A stretch of DNA of 64,000 bases from a candidate division WOR-3 bacterium. GTDB lineage: Bacteria > Hydrothermota > Hydrothermia > LBFQ01 > DSFT01. The notes under the pieces were generated by a model. It worked only from the letters and a program-made list of their open reading frames with translations. It ran no database searches and was not told where the DNA came from. The position numbers and the translations under genes are program-made. Shown here one piece after another: positions 63,121-64,000 of this stretch (its first letter is position 1; each line of letters starts with the position of its first letter). The stretch covers positions 15,085 through 79,084 of the forward strand of contig JBDRXL010000003.1 in the NCBI GenBank assembly GCA_039802865.1, in the 5' to 3' direction.

Positions 63121-63578
63121 AAGATATTTTACCATATTTATATAAATTAGAGAATCCTCAAAATTGTTCTGCAATTATTAGGACTGCAGAAGCATTAGGA
63201 ATTGAAAAAATTTTTATTACAGAAGATAAACCATTTGTTATAAACGAAAAAATTACAAAAGGGGCTCACCAGTGGATAAAAATAGAAATTGTAGATGAAC
63301 CAATTGATTTTCTCTTAAAAATGAAAAAGGAGGGTTTTAAAATAATATCTACAAGTTTAAGTGGAAATTCCGTAGATTATAGAGCTTGTAATTATGATGG
63401 TAAATTAATAATAATTTTTGGGAATGAAAGTAAAGGAATAGATGAAGAGATTTTAGGTATTTCGGATTTTTTAATTAAAATTCCTCAATATGGCAAAGTT
63501 CAAAGTTTAAATGTTTCTGTTGCTTTTGGAATTATATTTTATTGGATAGATTATATAAAAAGGGGGATAAAGAAATGA
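63117..63578 (+). CDS. TrmH/SpoU family RNA methyltransferase
   Basis: ENPQNCSAIIRT, FGNE, IPQYGKVQSLNVSVA. Confidence 0.92.
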   Translation: MKDILPYLYKLENPQNCSAIIRTAEALGIEKIFITEDKPFVINEKITKGAHQWIKIEIVDEPIDFLLKMKKEGFKIISTSLSGNSVDYRACNYDGKLIIIFGNESKGIDEEILGISDFLIKIPQYGKVQSLNVSVAFGIIFYWIDYIKRGIKK

Positions 63579-64000
63579 GAATTGGTTTTGTAGGTCTTGG
63601 TAATCTTGGGAAAGCTATTGTAGATAGGATGATAAGTCAAAATGTGGATATTTGGGTATATAACAGAACTATTGAAAAGGCAAGAAATTATAATCATTAT
63701 AAAGAGCCAAATGATTTATTTAAAAACTCTGATGTTGTGTTTATAATAATTAGAGATTCAAAAGCAGTTGAAGAATTTTTATTTAATACAATAGATTCTA
63801 AGCATTTACAAAATAAAATTATAATAGATATGACAACAAATAGTTATGATTTTGTAATTTATGCACATGAAAAATTAAAAAATTTAAATGCATATTATTT
63901 TGAAGCTCCGTTACTTGGAAGTATTCCTGCCGCTCAAACAGGCTCACTTGTAATGCTAATTTCAGGTGATTTTGAAATTTATAAAAAAATTGAAGAGATA
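63575..64000 (+). CDS. NAD(P)-dependent oxidoreductase, 3-hydroxyisobutyrate dehydrogenase family (runs off window)
   Basis: MRIGFVGLGNLG, YNRT, IDMTT, EAPVLGS. Confidence 0.88.
   Translation, partial: MRIGFVGLGNLGKAIVDRMISQNVDIWVYNRTIEKARNYNHYKEPNDLFKNSDVVFIIIRDSKAVEEFLFNTIDSKHLQNKIIIDMTTNSYDFVIYAHEKLKNLNAYYFEAPLLGSIPAAQTGSLVMLISGDFEIYKKIEEI

Overview
AT-rich, densely coding chromosomal segment of a diderm (LPS-making) bacterium. It is very probably a thermophile, since a GC-rich 16S rRNA sits in a very low-GC background. An FCB-affiliated candidate lineage such as WOR-3/Hydrothermae is a tentative inference only. The window holds about 60 mostly housekeeping genes in a scrambled order (pnp, rpsO, kdsB, murG, panB, rtcB, pepA, pyrC, nuoD, rimO, proS, sucD, sucC, sufC/sufB, kdsD, pdp, ftsW and others), a 16S rRNA plus tRNA-Ala(CGC) with no 23S/5S following, and a few pseudogenes. 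I found no CRISPR array, IS element or prophage. Main signals: (1) a near-palindromic TTTAAAATTTT element sits a few bases upstream of the start codon of essentially every first-in-unit gene and upstream of the 16S, suggesting a minimal -10-only, often bidirectional promoter driving leaderless mRNAs; (2) many predicted exported or outer-membrane proteins have only a 6-9 residue hydrophobic N-terminus instead of a normal signal peptide; (3) a Tat-signal PqqD/RRE protein and a peptidase-S74 protein carrying a YxxP RiPP-leader-like motif are both present and may form an undescribed pair. All calls were made by eye and no database searches were run.
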